Below, piece after piece: positions 25,071 through 40,243 of a DNA stretch of 64,000 bases. The DNA comes from Ophelia neglecta (taxonomy: Eukaryota). Location: the NCBI GenBank assembly GCA_965285935.1, contig OZ260661.1, forward strand, positions 18,786,001 to 18,850,000. The letters are read 5' to 3'. The translations under genes and the position numbers were made by a program. The notes beneath the pieces were generated by a model that saw only the letters and a program-made list of their open reading frames with translations, did no database searches and was not told the DNA's origin. Numbering within the stretch: position 1 is the first letter of the stretch; the number at the start of each line of letters is the position of its first letter.

Positions 25071-28000
25071 TTTTTTTTGTTTTTTTTTTTAAATCAAATT
25101 TTATTTTCCATATATATTTTCATGTTACATCGAATTAATACAAGTTACATCATTTGATCAATACTATAAGTTTCTTTTAAGTAACAATTGCGTACACACT
25201 TCTCGTGTTCATATATTTGTAATAAATTACAAGATTTTCCGTATTTGAATTTTGTCACACAAAGTTTGTCTAATAAAATTAGTAAATTGACATATTTATA
25301 TATTTTGATTGATGGACAGACGTCGCGATTTATACCGAAAATTATTTCTACTACTGATAGTTTTACACGCTTTTCGGCTTTTATCATAATGTCCACTTCT
25401 ACATGTTGCCACAGATTATGTATTGTGTGACATTGAAAAAAGAAATGTTCTACTGAATCCACCTCATTGCAGTATTTACATTTATCATTGTCTTGACTTC
25501 TTAATTTTTTCAGATAAGCTCCTACTGGGTAGATGTTATGTAGTATCTTCCATTGGAGACTAGCAATTTTGGCTTCACTACGTGTACATATATTTGCCAT
25601 TTGAAAGACTTCTTCAGTTGTACAGATATTACCATATCTTTCATATAAATATGTAGAAAATATTATATTTTCATTTCTACGAAGTAATTTCATAATTCCA
25701 GCTTTTAACATTTTCGATGTATATGTTAACAGGGGTGAGCCCCTAAACATAATATCCCGACGTGTTAGCACTCCACTTATTTTATCCATATTTTTAGTAG
25801 ATAATGCATTTCGAACAATATTTAGCTCCCATCCAGTTCTCGCATTGTCCCCCAATATATTGAATATTTTTCATAGTTCAGTACTCCATCAAGCAAGATA
25901 TCTTGGACATACACCAAACCATGTTGCAACCATCTAGGTACAAAGATAGGAGCACCACGATACGTGATGTCCCTATTGTTGAATATAACACTGGTGACTC
26001 TGTCTGTATCCAGAGAATTTATGTCCAGCCAATCAAAAAGTAAATATTTCCAAAATTCCAATTCGAGTTTCGATGTTTCTATTTGCCTAAATCCGTCTGA
26101 TTTAATATTACTATTAAATACATCCATATTTCTCCCATATGATGCATAATAAGTACGGGGAAGGAATTTCCACATTTCATTGCTATCTTTTATTAATTTG
26201 GAGATCCATTTAAATTGGAGTTGTTTCTGCATTATGTGTAAATCAGGCATGCCAAGACCTCCTTGTGGGATTGGCTGAGAAACAAATTCTCGTTTAACAC
26301 GCTCTGTTACCCGATTCATTTCTGGATCTTTATCAGACCACAGAAATTTAAAAAACACCCCATTCAACCTATTTAATACATGTACTGGGTACCTAATACA
26401 TCGAAGAGTGTATGCAAATTGTGACGAAAGAAAATTTTAATTATTACAATTTTACCAAATATTGACAAATATCTTTTGGACCAGGCCCTGATAACATTTT
26501 CACATATTGCAGTAGGACGTTCCCAGTTTTCATCGCAATGACTAGCTGTTTTATTTGAACACACGGTTATTCCCAAAATGATAAGTTTGTTATCAGGGAA
26601 CAATTTCCATTTTAGTTGCTCTACTTGTTTCCTTCGGAATTTACAACATCCAAGCCACATGGCTTCTGTCTTTGACTTATTAAGTTGTAATCCAGATATA
26701 ATATAAAATTTGTGCAGTAGTTGCAAAAAGAGTATTACAGATTCTTCATCATTGAGCAAGCCAGTACTATCATCTGCAACAATTTAATGGGCTTATCACA
26801 GCCCGGTACAAATATACCTGTAATTGAGTTTTCATTATCTAATTTAATTGAAAAGAATTCAAGTGCCAGGATAAACAACATGGGGGATTAGGGGCATCCT
26901 TGTGTTATACCCCGCTCTAGCGGGAAAGTATTTGTAAACCAACCATTATTAACAACTCTAGCTTGTAGAAAGCTGTTCAGTGTCTCCACCCATCTAACAA
27001 ACATAGGGCCAAAGTTAAATTTTTCTAAACAGTCAATCATGTATCTTTTATTTATTGAATCAAATGCTTTTCTAAAATCTATTGCAATTAAGATTCCAGG
27101 CAAATTCTTTTGGTCTAAATATTCTAAGATATCGTCTATCGCCCTAATTACTTCCGCGGAACTTCTTCCCTTGATGAATCCAGTTTGTTTAGAAGAAACC
27201 AGTTTTTTTATAACTTTGGTAAGCCTATTAGCTAGGGCTTTTGCAGCTATTTTATAATCGGTTGTTGATAACGCTATTGGCCTCCAATTGTTTTTCCCGT
27301 GGCAGGTCCTTTCCCTTATGATGAAGGTTAATTATACTAAGCCTCTGCGAGGGGCTTAGAAGACCGATCTTATAACCATTATTTATGGAATTGGTCACTA
27401 TTTGTCCTATTTTTGGCCAAAACATTTGATACCAGGCCGATGTTAATCCATCAATTCCAGGGCTTGAGTCATTTTTCATTTCCTTTAATGCAATAGTACA
27501 ATCAGAGAGGGTTAACAGACCTTCACAAGAATTCCGCTCATCATTAGTAAGCGTGTTAAATTCAATATCTTTTATTAAGTTTTCAAAATCTCTTTTATTG
27601 TAATTATCCTCTCTTTTATATAAATGTTTATAGAATGCCTCAATTTCAACTAGAATTGGATCAGTTCCCCTAATTTCCCCGCTATCTGTATTTAGATGGT
27701 TAATATATTTATTTTTACCCTTAGATTTCTCTAAACCCAGAAAATATTTGGTGTTTTTCTCGCCGTCTGTTACCCATTTGTTTTTTGACCTTAGTTGTGC
27801 CCCCCTTGCCCTTTCAATTTCAAATTATTCAATTTTAAACTTAATATCTCTTAGCCTTGTATTTAATAGATTATCATTAGGGTTATTTACTAATTCTAAG
27901 TTAATTTTTTCTAGTTGTAATTTCAGTATTTTTTCTTCTGATTTCATTTTAGAAGCTCTCTCTTGGCTGTGTTTCATGGTATATTCCCTAACCTTCGTTT

Positions 28001-28866
28001 TAATCGTCTCCAGCTGCATTTCTGGTGGCCAATGTTCATGTGTGTTTAATAATTGCTCAATAAGGTTATTGATTGAATTAACATATTGTATGTCTTTAAG
28101 AAGACTGTTATTAAACTTCAAATAAGATCTGCCCCTGATTTCCTTACTTTCTGAATAGGTTACATATATCCCCCTATGGTAAGGTTGGGGAAATCTATAA
28201 TACTATGGTGTTAATTAACTCCATGGCCAAACCACTGGCAAATATGTAATCTAGTCTCCTAATTATATTATTAGATAGATGTTTCCAGGTAAAGTCTTTC
28301 CTTTCTGGGTGGAATATACTATAAACATCGTGTAGGGTATTTAAAATGCACTTGAAAGCAGAAACCTCATTTGTTGGATGTGGTTTTCCTGCGATAATAT
28401 CGAGACCAGGTTGATTAGTACAATTAAAGTCGCCACCTAATATTAAATAACAGTCTGGGTGGTTATCTTGTATATCCTAAATAATTAAATTTAACCTTCT
28501 AAAGAAAATAATTTTGTCATGTGACTTACATGGAGCATAAATATTAAGGAAAATGTGGCACTTGTTATCATAAGTTGCTCGCACTCCCAAAATTCTACTT
28601 TCATTTATAATTTCATTAATATTGCTACATGATTCAACAAATGTTCGACTTAATAATATCAGTTCACCCTTACTATGTGATGTGCCTGGAGCACAATAAA
28701 TTTGTCCCGCCCACCTAGCTTCCAGAGTCAGAATATCCACTGATCCTAAATGAGTTTCCTGTAGAAGAACAACATCAGTTTTCAGCTGTTTCAATTTGTT
28801 AAACAACACTTGCCTCTTTAGTTTTCTATTCAATCCATTTATGTTAATTTTAACTATTCTTGGCAT
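25071..28866 (-). mobile_element. Degenerate L1/Tx1-type LINE (ORF2 APE endonuclease-RT-zinc finger, many frameshifts)
   Basis: EN motifs ININGLN, LLQETH, NIYAP, GGDFN; RT motifs SPGIDGLT, IDFRKAFDS, GITQGCP, GLQLNKSKTE; GGLGMPD; C-terminal CKYCNEVDSVEHFFFQC; A-rich tail seen as a T run at 25071-25090. The 5' end and ORF1 are not resolved. Confidence 0.9.
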
Positions 28867-31004
28867 ATTGCTATTTTACAGCGATTATCATTTTCCCAGT
28901 TTTTCTTTCTTCTTTTCATTTTCTGGTGGCGTATTTTTTCTTTTTGACGGAAGACCTGTATTTTGGGGTGTAAGATAACCCCTAATACTGTCTCCCTTAG
29001 ATTGACTTCCTTTGCCTACAGCTCCCTTTTGTATAGCAGTCTGCTTTTTACTGTTGGGAGTCAGTTTTTTCCTCTTGTCTTTATTAGGTAATGGGTGACC
29101 ATCAGTGTTTTTACTTGATTTGTTACCCTTGTTGTCTTTGTCAGATGTCGGTTAATAATTTACTCTAAGCATGGCTGTTTACTCCCCGGGTATATATCAA
29201 TGGTTTGCCTTCTGGACAGGTTCATATATACAATGTAATATTTTTTTGAAGGCGTGGAATTTTTTACTTTATTAAGCACCCTACTTATTATGTTCAGCAA
29301 TTGTATGATATTTTCACACGGTTTACCTTTAGGGTTTATACCTGTTTGACTTGACAGAGTTCGTACAATATACGAAGAATATTGATGTGAAGCTAGGATT
29401 TTAGCCATTAAGATAACTAAAAACAAAACAGCAGAACATTTTGGGGTTAATACAAGGTTACGTTTCATTTTTAGCTCAAGCTTCTGCACTGCGAGCCCTC
29501 ATCTTACTTATTGATGTCATTTAACAGCCCATGCGTTGGGCTTAGATTGAGCACAAACAATTAACCAGGAGAAAATTGACCCATTTGGCAGGAATGGGGG
29601 GGGGGGGGATGGCTGGAGCATATCATTGGATTCTTGAATAACCACAAGCTTACAGGTGCATTTTTTAAATATCACTAAGGAATCAAAGGGTTCTCCTGAT
29701 TCACAAGGATTTCCCTAAATTATATGGTATTTAACAGAAATGGTAGGCATCATACCTGAATACCTCCCTATGTGTGATTAAGGAATCTCCAGACTGGTTG
29801 GCTATAGGAATTACATTTATAATATTGATGCAATCAGCAATCATTTGTTTTTCAATAAACGCAGTAGCCCTAAAAATATAACAATAAATAACATCGGCTT
29901 TTATAATGCTGTGGGTGTCATAATAATTTAGATTATTGGTAAAAAAAAATTACAAAGAGCAATAAATATTTGAGAAGATTTTCGTACTTATAAGTAATAA
30001 TGGGAAAATATTAAAAACAATTCAGAAAAGGCAATGCGTTTTTGTTCCATCTTTTGTATTAAACCCTTTTATGAAAAACGAAAATTTACACCGACAGTTA
30101 TATAGAACTATTCTACATCTACTGCTAGTAAGAATTAGCAATTCCAAACATAATATATTTCGAATGTTATTGTTTTAAGCTTGATTAAAACATATTATTA
30201 TTTGTGCGGGCGAGTATTGCCTTTTCTTAATGTAATTATCCTATTTGACTTGGCCATTGACAAGCAGTGTGTATGTACATATATATTTCGGGAGCATTGT
30301 AAGATTGAAATAATTGAGAAGGGTTTTTTCCTTCTATATTTTAAGATGTTTTTTATAGATGGAATAAACTAATATTTCTTAATCTAGGACTTTAAATAAT
30401 TAACTTGGGGCAGTCAGATACTCTTGGGGGTTTGCTCTGCCCGCGCCCTCCACCTTTTCTAACCGCTAGGATAGGAGGGCACAAGGTACAGAAATATGAA
30501 TGACCCCGTCTCTACCCCAAGGGAGGTCACCCTTTAAGATTTATCCACACCTACCCCCCTTTCCCCCACCGAGTAACATATCACATATCTAGCTCACAGA
30601 TACTTGTACCCTCGGGCATAGATTTAGGGAAATATGAGAGTGTTCTTTGTTTTATAGAGCGCCGCCATCTTAAGACTTAAAAACATTGCATTAGTTTTTT
30701 ATATATTCTATAAAAGCACACTATATAGACAAAGTTGGCGACTAACTGACCTTGTCTTTTTCTTTCAACCCCCGACTGTCATTTTTCGAATGGATTGACA
30801 AGATTTTAATTCTGCACAAAAAAGTTGCCTCGTGTGCTGTGTATTTAATATTCATACCTTGCGTTAAGGCAATTATCATCTAAGCAAGGAATTGTCGCTA
30901 CCACATCTATCAAATGCAATTGTTGGTATACCTTATCAACTTCCCGGATAATGACCTTGCCCAATCCGCATTGCTCCTATTTACTTAGTTCACTTAATAG
31001 TGAC

Positions 31005-31104
31005 NNNNNNNNNNNNNNNNNNNNNNNNNNNNNNNNNNNNNNNNNNNNNNNNNNNNNNNNNNNNNNNNNNNNNNNNNNNNNNNNNNNNNNNNNNNNNNNN
31101 NNNN
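31005..31104. other. Assembly gap (100 N)
   Basis: Run of n. Confidence 0.99.
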
Positions 31105-31656
31105 TAGATTTTGACTTGCCCCAGGATACTGAGATACAGGGATTCGCCGGGCACCAGCCACTAAAAACATACAGGTTGCAAGATCTAGACAAGTGTTGGT
31201 CCAAAGTAAACCTTTGTTCTGCGTCAATAGCCCAAATTCTCAGGTTTAAACAATAATTCCTCAAGTTATATGTTGAACCCGGGTTGTGCTAGTGATGTCT
31301 TGTCAGCTGATAAGGAGCCTGAAATAATTCAGCTATCTCTATATCATGATACTAAGGACATTATTATCTTTTAAACTTAGTGCCTTTAGGGTACATGAAT
31401 TGTCAGAGTATGAATGGCAAATATTTACCCAAATGAACTTGCCGACCCTAACTACATAATGACAAAATTATCACATATACAACAAACATTCGAAACCAAA
31501 GCGACTAAAATATTAAAGCATAAGCATTATAATTCAAAAGGGATTACTCAAGGTCTATTACATAAGATTTATTATATTATGAGATAAGCTTTATAAAGGG
31601 CGAAATGAACATTGCAGGATACCACTCTATAAGAAGAAACAAACCTAGACAAATAA

Positions 31657-31900
31657 GGCATACTGGAAAAGCTGATACGAAATACCAGATACGAGACGCA
31701 GATACGAGATGCGAGGTGTTTAAAACGTAGCCATATGGACTAGGTAAGGGTCAGGGTGAAGGGTTAAGTAAGGAATGATTTAGTTAGGTTGCTAGCTTAA
31801 CCCTACCCCTAACCCCGTCATAACCCAACACTATCTTATTTTTTCGTATCTGTGTATCTCGTATTTCCTTCGTATTTCGTATCAGGTTTTCCAGTATGCC
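31657..31900. mobile_element. MITE with 9-bp TSD (Mutator/MULE-like)
   Basis: TIR ggcatactggaaaagctgatacgaaatac... / ...gtatttcgtatcaggttttccagtatgcc; TSD GACAAATAA at 31648-31656 and 31901-31909. Confidence 0.88.
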
Positions 31901-31914
31901 GACAAATAAGGATA

Positions 31915-32260
31915 AATTGTAGAAAAAAAAGAATTCGCAGCATTAAAAATAGTCCTTACATTTCACTCAACTTGCCTATATTCAAACGACTGAATCTTCT
32001 TAAATTAGAGGATATCTATAAACTCAATTTACAGCATGTATCAGGAATTCATACTTATGATACTAGAAATAAATATTACCAAAGTGTAGTTAAAAACGAA
32101 ATTCGAGTATTTCTATTTTAAATGAAGCACCAGATCACATTAAGAATAAGGTGCATACATATAGCTTGCATGGATTTGCAAATCATATAAAGCATTTCTT
32201 AATAAATTGCTATTCTGTCGATTGTTATGTAGCAAACTGATATGTTTGTCAAAGATGTAA
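31915..32260 (+). pseudogene. 3'-end remnant of a CR1/L2-group (Crack/Daphne-like) LINE ORF2
   Basis: Translates to KKRIRSIKNSPY...PIFKRLNLLKLEDIYKL...HTYDTRN and KVHTYSLHGFANHIKHFLINCYS..C..N*YVC, resembling L2/CR1-group C-termini. Confidence 0.65.
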
Positions 32261-35200
32261 CCTACAGAATACGCTACGGGCGCATGGTGTTAATAAATAA
32301 AGTCCTGAATTAACCTGGTCCCTTTCTGTCTACGTTTGGTCTAACAAGATTAAAATCAGCCCCTAGAGCCAAATTCATTCGTAGATGAATAAAACGGCTC
32401 TTAGAGGAACACTAATTCTTGCCTAAAACGTTTAATGTGCCAAAGTTAGGGTCTGATTCTGATCCTTTCCTGTCAAGAATATATTTCAATTTACAGTACA
32501 CAAAATATATATTTTGTGGCAGAATCTGTAACTCATTCAATTATATTTTTCTTTGAATGTTGGCAGAATTCGACAGACATATATTCGCTTATTAGAAAAT
32601 GTTCGCTGCAACTCCCAAAGTTCACTTCTTTGGAGTATTTGGCACTTGTGACTCTGACTAATGGCCAAAATACCTGACCGGACAAAAAAAAAAACATTGA
32701 CATGATATTTAAAATCAAGTGTTTGCTTTATACTTCACAATATTTGCAGAATGTGCTAGTGTTTGCAATATCATACCTCACAAATATCTGGGTATTTCTG
32801 CAAATAGAAAGTTTCGCTAAAATCTACATAGTCTGTGGAAATCTACAAGCCAGGATTTGCTGATAATAAATAGTTTTTCGCAAATTATACCGAATGCAAT
32901 TCCTTTCCACCAAAAGCCGTAAATAAAATTTAGAAATTTCGTCCATATATGTTATATTTTAAAAAGGGAGGGATTAATGTTATTCCTGTCGTTTTCGGGT
33001 GGATTGGGGGATGTAATTATTGACGAGACCCCCCCCCCCCCCCCCAACCGCTCCCCTCTGGATTGTAAAGAAAGGATACTGCCTGAGGCGTTATTAAACT
33101 AGTGTGTACTTTAAACTTATATGGGATGCAGTAAGGAGACGGAGGTGGGAATAAAGGTGGGCCTACACTTGGTGATGATTGTTGCTGAATTTACAGATCC
33201 CAGACACGTTTCTGGTTCTCCTTGACCAATTACATAATGCCTGTGACAAGTACAGTTTTTCCGCAAGACTTGTCCTACAGTTGGTAACAGGAATATTGGC
33301 TTAAATAAAATGATGATGGTGCCATAAGCAGAGAGGTGTATACAAACTACAAATGATTTTCCCAATTCTTACTCCTGTATATTTCTAGGTAGCGTCTATC
33401 GGGTGTATATATCAGGAGATTCCGAAATACAGCACTTTTCTATTAATGGATGGGTTTATCAAAATACGAAACGCTAAACAGCAAATAACATCAAAACATA
33501 CTAACACAATACCAACAACCCAAATCTACAATATTTACAAGATGATCTTAAAACTAGCGTAGCACGTCTGATTTATAAGGAAAAGCGGATAATCTCACCT
33601 AAATATATTACATATGACATGTAGACAAATGAAAAAAATAAAAGTTACTAAGTGGGTAATCAACACATGTACGTTTTCGCCGAGCCCAGTGGGTGCACAA
33701 AACTGAAAGAATTCTGGACAGCATTGTTACTACAGGAATATAATTCGGATTGCTATTAATATATTATTCTTAAACCATATATTAGTTTTTGACACTAAAG
33801 GCAATGCACTTCGGGTTCATTGGAATATGTTATTAAGGTCAAGTCATGATATCACAAGCCATTATACAGGTACAATAAGCTCGACTACCCTCAATATAAT
33901 ATAATGTCAGTTATTGCTCTGGCTGGCAATCCACGCCCCAATGGCTGTGCCCAGGAATAGACCCCTAAATGGATTGATGAAATACGATTAGTGAAATCAT
34001 GTAAAGTGGAACCTGTGAAGTAAGACCACCCAAGGGACAAGGAAATACTGGTCTGATCATGGAGGTGGTATGTTTTACAGGTTATTACATATTGTAAAGG
34101 AAACATCTTTCTCTTTATAATAATGGTCTGAACTTACATGTGGCCTGAATATAAAGGTGTCCTTTAACCAGGTTCTATTGTATATGCATCTCACGTAAAC
34201 CCGATAACATATATTCTACTTAAAATCACATTATTCCTGTAACAGACAGACCATTTGTTTACATGAGGGTACTAAATATGTCGTTATTTTACTTGAGTAG
34301 ACGCTTTTACAACTAATACGTGAATATCCAAATAGCCCAGGTGTTGTTGTACCTGCTTTATGACCCATCAATTCAATACAAGAATACATAATTCAGAGAC
34401 ATGTATTTATCGATATGCAAACTAGTTCACTGGGTTTAAGGACATGTGGCCCTCCAAGTGCATCCCACGACAAATCATGAGGACAAATGTTTGCTGTTTA
34501 CTCTATTTTAACTCTGCCATGCCTAATATCATTCGAAAGATCATTTCCACAGATATTTGTAATAATGTCTTGTAACCAATAAGACAGAATTAGTAAGCAG
34601 ACAATATTTACTTTCCATTTTACCATCACCTTAAAATGATCAGACTTCATCACATCAAACGAAACGACAATGTTTTAAGAATTCAGGTAGTAAGAACCTG
34701 TATTCCGTGCATGGCCCATTCACACACACATGGCATATAGTACAATCCAGGCTGGCATGTTAAATAGTCAGTGTGTTAACATCTCGAACAAAACCGATCT
34801 TCGCCAATTGCTGAGTTCAGTTTATATCGTACATTATATAATACCAAAAAGTATCAAGATAACTTACGCGGTTGTACTTTGATGCCTGTGATGGCTAATT
34901 TGGCCTGCTTAATTAGCTCTAGCAGGTATCCCTCTCCATGTTAATGTGGTTTATTTAATTGGCAATGCTTCGCATAAAAAATGTTGATGTAGACACCTAG
35001 ATGCATTGTATTATGAGCATTAGACTATATACATTTTCATTTAGCATGACATAGTCATAGCTATGGGTCCACCTCTGATGCATATTGGATGGCTATGTAT
35101 AACTTGGGACAACAGTCTCTACCTATCTTAAATATGACACTAGAAAGGTACCTAGAGCTACGAATATTGGCCAGTTTTCATTTACCCTGATCACAAGTCT

Positions 35201-37480
35201 GTAAGTTGCGTGTGTTCTTAACCAGCGAACCATTTTCTGATGGCGTATAACATACTATCTGGCACACAATAGTATAAAAAGGTAAGCTGATTTTACTTTT
35301 TTTAATGCGTGATTATTATCTAGTGCACACTTTACGGGCAGACTACTCAGTTATACAATTTCCCGTAAATATGATTACACAGGCATCATTTTAAAATGGC
35401 TGTATGATAAATTATTATACTGCATGATGAGAAGGTTCACACGTAAAAAGATCTACAAAAGTAAGCATCCCATCAACAGATGATGCTTTCACTTTGTCAT
35501 ATTCTGAAGTCTCAATCAATTTCCAGGATTCATATACAAATTTGTACTTCAGAACTGTCTTTGTTATGTGAAAGAATACATCCTATCCTAAAATCATCCT
35601 AGTAAGCAGAAAGTAGGCATGCCATCAACAGATGATGCAACAACTATAATATTACTTAATGAACATGAACTTAATAACAGTAAAATGAATCTCAATTATT
35701 GTAATATATAATTTGGCTATGAACTGACATAAAATTAGACTTTTATGAACCTGATGTATCTTTGCAAATTTGACTCTGAGATATAAAATTGTCTAACACA
35801 CATAGACTAGTATCTTATTCATCTAATATAACGAGACATGAAAAGACAAGAAAATATCAAACTAACTCATAGCAATTCACATGAATCATGAATCATATGC
35901 ACAGTTTTCGGCATCCACTCTTAAGACTTATAGTTTATCGGAAGATGCCAAAATAATATGATAACCTATACTCTGAACAAATCTAGCAATAGACCCATTT
36001 AAATATTGCAAAATGTGAAAACTTGTAATTTAGAACTAACTGGAAGCTCAAATATTGCAAATCAAAATGATGCAACTAGCATCAAATTTGTCCATATACA
36101 ATACAAACAACATTTGGAGGCAAATATTTTATTCAGCTATACTTTTAAAATTACGCCAAGTGCCAGTCGAGCACAAAATAGTCTTATCTGAACATGACAA
36201 ACTGAAATCTTGTAAGTTGAATACAAAATAAACTTTCTTTTAAAGACGACCAAAATTTTAAACACTTAAAAAATTATTACTAGCCATTAAGTTAACATAT
36301 CATTTTAACAGGACATTTAGATAATATAGAAAAACAACTTCACGGAATACTTTTCTTTGCTAGTTCTAAAATAAGTGGAGGGATTTCACCGTCACCACTC
36401 CAACCTTTGACTTGTGCTAATATGTTTGGTATCTTGTCAAAGTAGTCCAAATCGTTTTTTCAGAATCTTCTTTTTCTATCCATATAACTTCTATTGTTTC
36501 GATATATTTTGGTACATGCGTAACTCTGGCTAAAAAGTTTGTTGATGTTCCCAGTACCTTACTTTTACATGGTCCAATCACAACTATGTCTCCGACACTA
36601 ATTAAAGCAGGGTACTTTTTAACCGGGCTGAAAATTTAAATGAAAACACCTGTAAAGAAAATTTACTTTTAAATGCTGAGTACAATATAGTTAAATAATG
36701 GAGAAATCTCCACTGTCTAGTGTATAAACATATCTAACAAAGAAATAATGACAAATATATCTGCATATATTTACTAGCCATTATTTCGAGATATTGTTAA
36801 TTTTAACAGCACGTGTTGCACCAACACAATTACCGAAATCTGAAGCACAAGCAAACAACATTTTTAGTAATTATTTTCTGAAGAAAAATGACAAGTTTGA
36901 TTATCATACATGATCCAATGTGGGGTAAAATTATTTATTACAGATACTTACTATTTTTCATCATCTTCATCATAATCAGCTAACTGCTTTTTCTTAGCCC
37001 TGGCCTTAGCCCTAGGCTTGGTAGCCTTGGGCTTACTAGTAGCTGTGGATTCAACAGGCTTCTCTGCCAAATCTTTTTCCGACGTCTTCATTTGAGCGAT
37101 AGTCCTGTACAAGACTTCCCTCGTTTTTCTATGTTCTCCTAGTTCCTGCTGAAGTAAACAAAGAAAGGTTTTTGTGATAAAAACCTGATGTCAACAACGT
37201 CCTTATTATTCTTTTTTTAAAACTAATATGAACCATTACTTACGTCTCGTTTCTCCTAGATGCTTTTAAATTCTTCATCTTTTTTTTCAGTCCACGTTTC
37301 ATTTCCTCCAAGATTTCCTTATGCTTCATTTCCTCCAAGGCTTTCTGATGTTTCATTTCCTCCAAGGTTTTCTGAGAGAGAGCAGCTTCCTGTCAACAAC
37401 AGCTTACATATAACGGCCAAAGAAATTGATTCCACAGGCATCATTTTAACTCTACAATTTGTTTCATTATCGTCTTATTA

Positions 37481-37818
37481 GGGACGGACCATTCAATATC
37501 TGGGGGGGGGGGGGGCGACAAATTTAAAAAAAAAATTGTTTGTTTCTGGTTATGCATAAAAAAAATTGTTTGTTTCTGACTCTGGAAAAATTAAATTGTT
37601 TAGTCTGATATTTTCTTTAAAATTTTTTTTTTTTTTTAAAGTTTGATCAAGGCTAGGGAAAAAATATTTGACAGAGATTTGTTAGAAAAAAAAATTGTTT
37701 GCTTCCCAGATAGGAAAAAATAAATTGTTTGTTTGTCCAAAGCTAGAAATTTTTTTGTTTCACTAGAAAATATTTTGTCCCCCCCCCCCCCCCCCCCAAA
37801 TATCTTATGGTGCGTCCC
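37481..37818. mobile_element. Tourist-like MITE (intronic)
   Basis: gggacggaccatt...atggtgcgtccc with TTA TSD. Confidence 0.92.
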
Positions 37819-39453
37819 TTATGTTAAAAGCGTAACAAAACAAATTATATAACAGAATATGTAAAGGGTGTTTAGGTCCCGAGTTGTTACAAGTGAAAGA
37901 AATACAAGTATTCCTCATTCAGGTAGTTTTTCATTGGCTATTCCAAGCATTTGGTTTAATATTACAGTACACAGTCAAAGTCAGCTAATTTTGAGATACA
38001 TTATGATTAATGTGATCACTTTGATTTCGAAACTTACTAAACATTGCACCAATGTACTTAAAATATGGTCCTTACTTGCTGATCACGCTTGCCAGGCTTG
38101 TTGCCAAGGTTGTGACGTTCAATCCGCTGTTCTATCCACTCCGGTTCATTTTCTGGAGGGTAATCTGAAGTGTTAGTGCCCTTCCTCTTTCGCTTATTAC
38201 TATGTTTTGTACTATCACTGGCCACATTACTGGCACAAGAGTTAGCTTCATCATCCTGAAGGACTTGGTGTATCTGCTGCTAAGACACAAAAATCAAAGA
38301 ACACGTTAAATATAAAGATGTAATCAAAAGAAAACAAATGATGCCACTGTCATCAAATTTTTTCAATTATAATCATCATGTTTAGGTTTAAATGTCTCAA
38401 ATCTTTGGCAAACAAACGTGTCACTTGCTAAACTGTGGCAAACGGCTCAGTTTATATCAGTTGCCTTCTAAATTAATTAACGCATACCTCAAAACTGTTA
38501 GATATACCAAAGCATGTAACTATCATGATATGATCGAATAAAAGATACCTTTAGGTTACTCTTGTCTCCTGTTTTTATGAATTGATCAAGCTGTCTTTGG
38601 AACTGGGCTGAATTGTCACGTATAGTTGTCCTTAAGTCCCGGAATGAGGAAGCAGTTACTTTGTTAGCTGCCAAGTATGGCTCAATGGCAGCAAAATTCT
38701 CCTCACTGAAACGGGCCAATAGCATATGATTCTGGAGACGTTGAGTTTCATATCGCTTCTTTCCCTGAAGTTCCTTCTTTTCCTTTGGAGTAATTGTCTG
38801 CATTTTCTTCTTTTTAATATCACTGTCTGCCCCCTGTGGAAAAAGTACACATTTACAGTCAGTTAAATCTAACAAATTAATATAAAGTTTAAAGAAGCGC
38901 TGGGGTGGGCATACAACTGTTTTGGTTTCAGATGACCATGCTACATGCATTGATTCCAAATTGGAACATTAAAAAATGTTTCAAAATAATAATACCAGTA
39001 AATTTGATATTAATAGCATCTGCAAATTGCAAAAGTAATCAAAACATAAAATTATGCAATAATATATTCATTATTTAAGCTATTTTCATAAAAGTTCCTT
39101 TTGCGGTTGCTATGTATAAAAAATGTACATACTGCCACATTTAAGGTCCGGTAGATGATCTTGTTGTATTCAGTCATGCTGGTTGATTCAGACTTTGGAT
39201 AATTTTTCATAATTCGCCGAATGACTTTTATAATTTCCAGGTCAGTCATAGCTTTATGGACCTCATCTTTCAGGTTCTCTCGCATTGAGAGTGTTTATGC
39301 CTCTATAAGGCTGAGTCCTTCATACACATTGGCAGGTATTGTGGGGTATCTGTTTGAACCATATATTTGTCCCTGATTTTGCTGATGGCTGCAACTCTGT
39401 GGTTTCGTCAACCACTACGTTTATATGCCGCTTTATGCTGTCTTCTACCTTTA

Positions 39454-39582
39454 GGGACGGACCATTCAATATCTGGGGGGGGGGCGACAAATTTTTTTAA
39501 AAAAATTGTTTGTTTCTGGTTATGCATAAAAAAAATTGTTTGTTCCTGACTCTGGAAAAAATAAATTGTTTGTCTGATATTT
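39454..39582. mobile_element. Truncated Tourist-like MITE in the ParB-like exon
   Basis: Left TIR only; the right part and ~55 bp of exon are deleted relative to copy 2 (53619-54016). Confidence 0.88.
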
Positions 39583-40243
39583 CCTCTGCAAATGCCCAGG
39601 GTCCAGGCATCTCAACCCATACAGGCCCCAGTGTACTCCCGAGAACGAGGGAAGACGTCTCAATCTTTGGCTTGGCCTCGACCAGCCCCTTTTCTTTCCT
39701 GACAACAACCTGAACAAGCAAACAGTGCAATTCAATTGGTAAAATCCACATAGAATACAAACTTGGACACAATGATTTCTTCTCATCGGTTTGTTCCATG
39801 AATTTGGTAAGTTCCATATTGACTCGAAAACGTGAGACGTATTCATAGCCTAAATCGGTTGTTCTAGATACAAAATACCTTATTAATAAATTTGATAATT
39901 AAATCAAAATTAGTATACATTAATGGTTCACGTGTCATGGTATGCAGAATATATATTGATTTGCTGATTGATATACATGTTTATATAAAATGGAAGGTTT
40001 AATGTATCTTTCATTATTTAAAAACAATGAAATTACTCACGTCTTTGTCATCATTATCTTCTGAAAAATCATAGATGCCCAATATTTCACCAGAGGTTCC
40101 TGCAACCATACAATCATTTTGCAAAAAAAGTTGGGCCAGTTAGAAAAGAGGATTATTTCTAGCACAGCAACCGTTTGATATCGTATTAAATTATGTAGTG
40201 AAGCGGAAAATGGTAGCAAAGAGAATTTAATAAGCAAATTACT

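Noticed and set aside
25050-29600. TSD and ORF1 for the L1/Tx1-type LINE
   Set aside because: No flanking direct repeat found; the upstream Lys-rich sequence is too degraded to assign
30951-31264. ORFs spanning the N run
   Set aside because: Artefacts of the assembly gap
33117-33365. Possible LINE 3' remnant (…PTFIPTSVSLLH)
   Set aside because: Only a short motif resemblance; not enough to call
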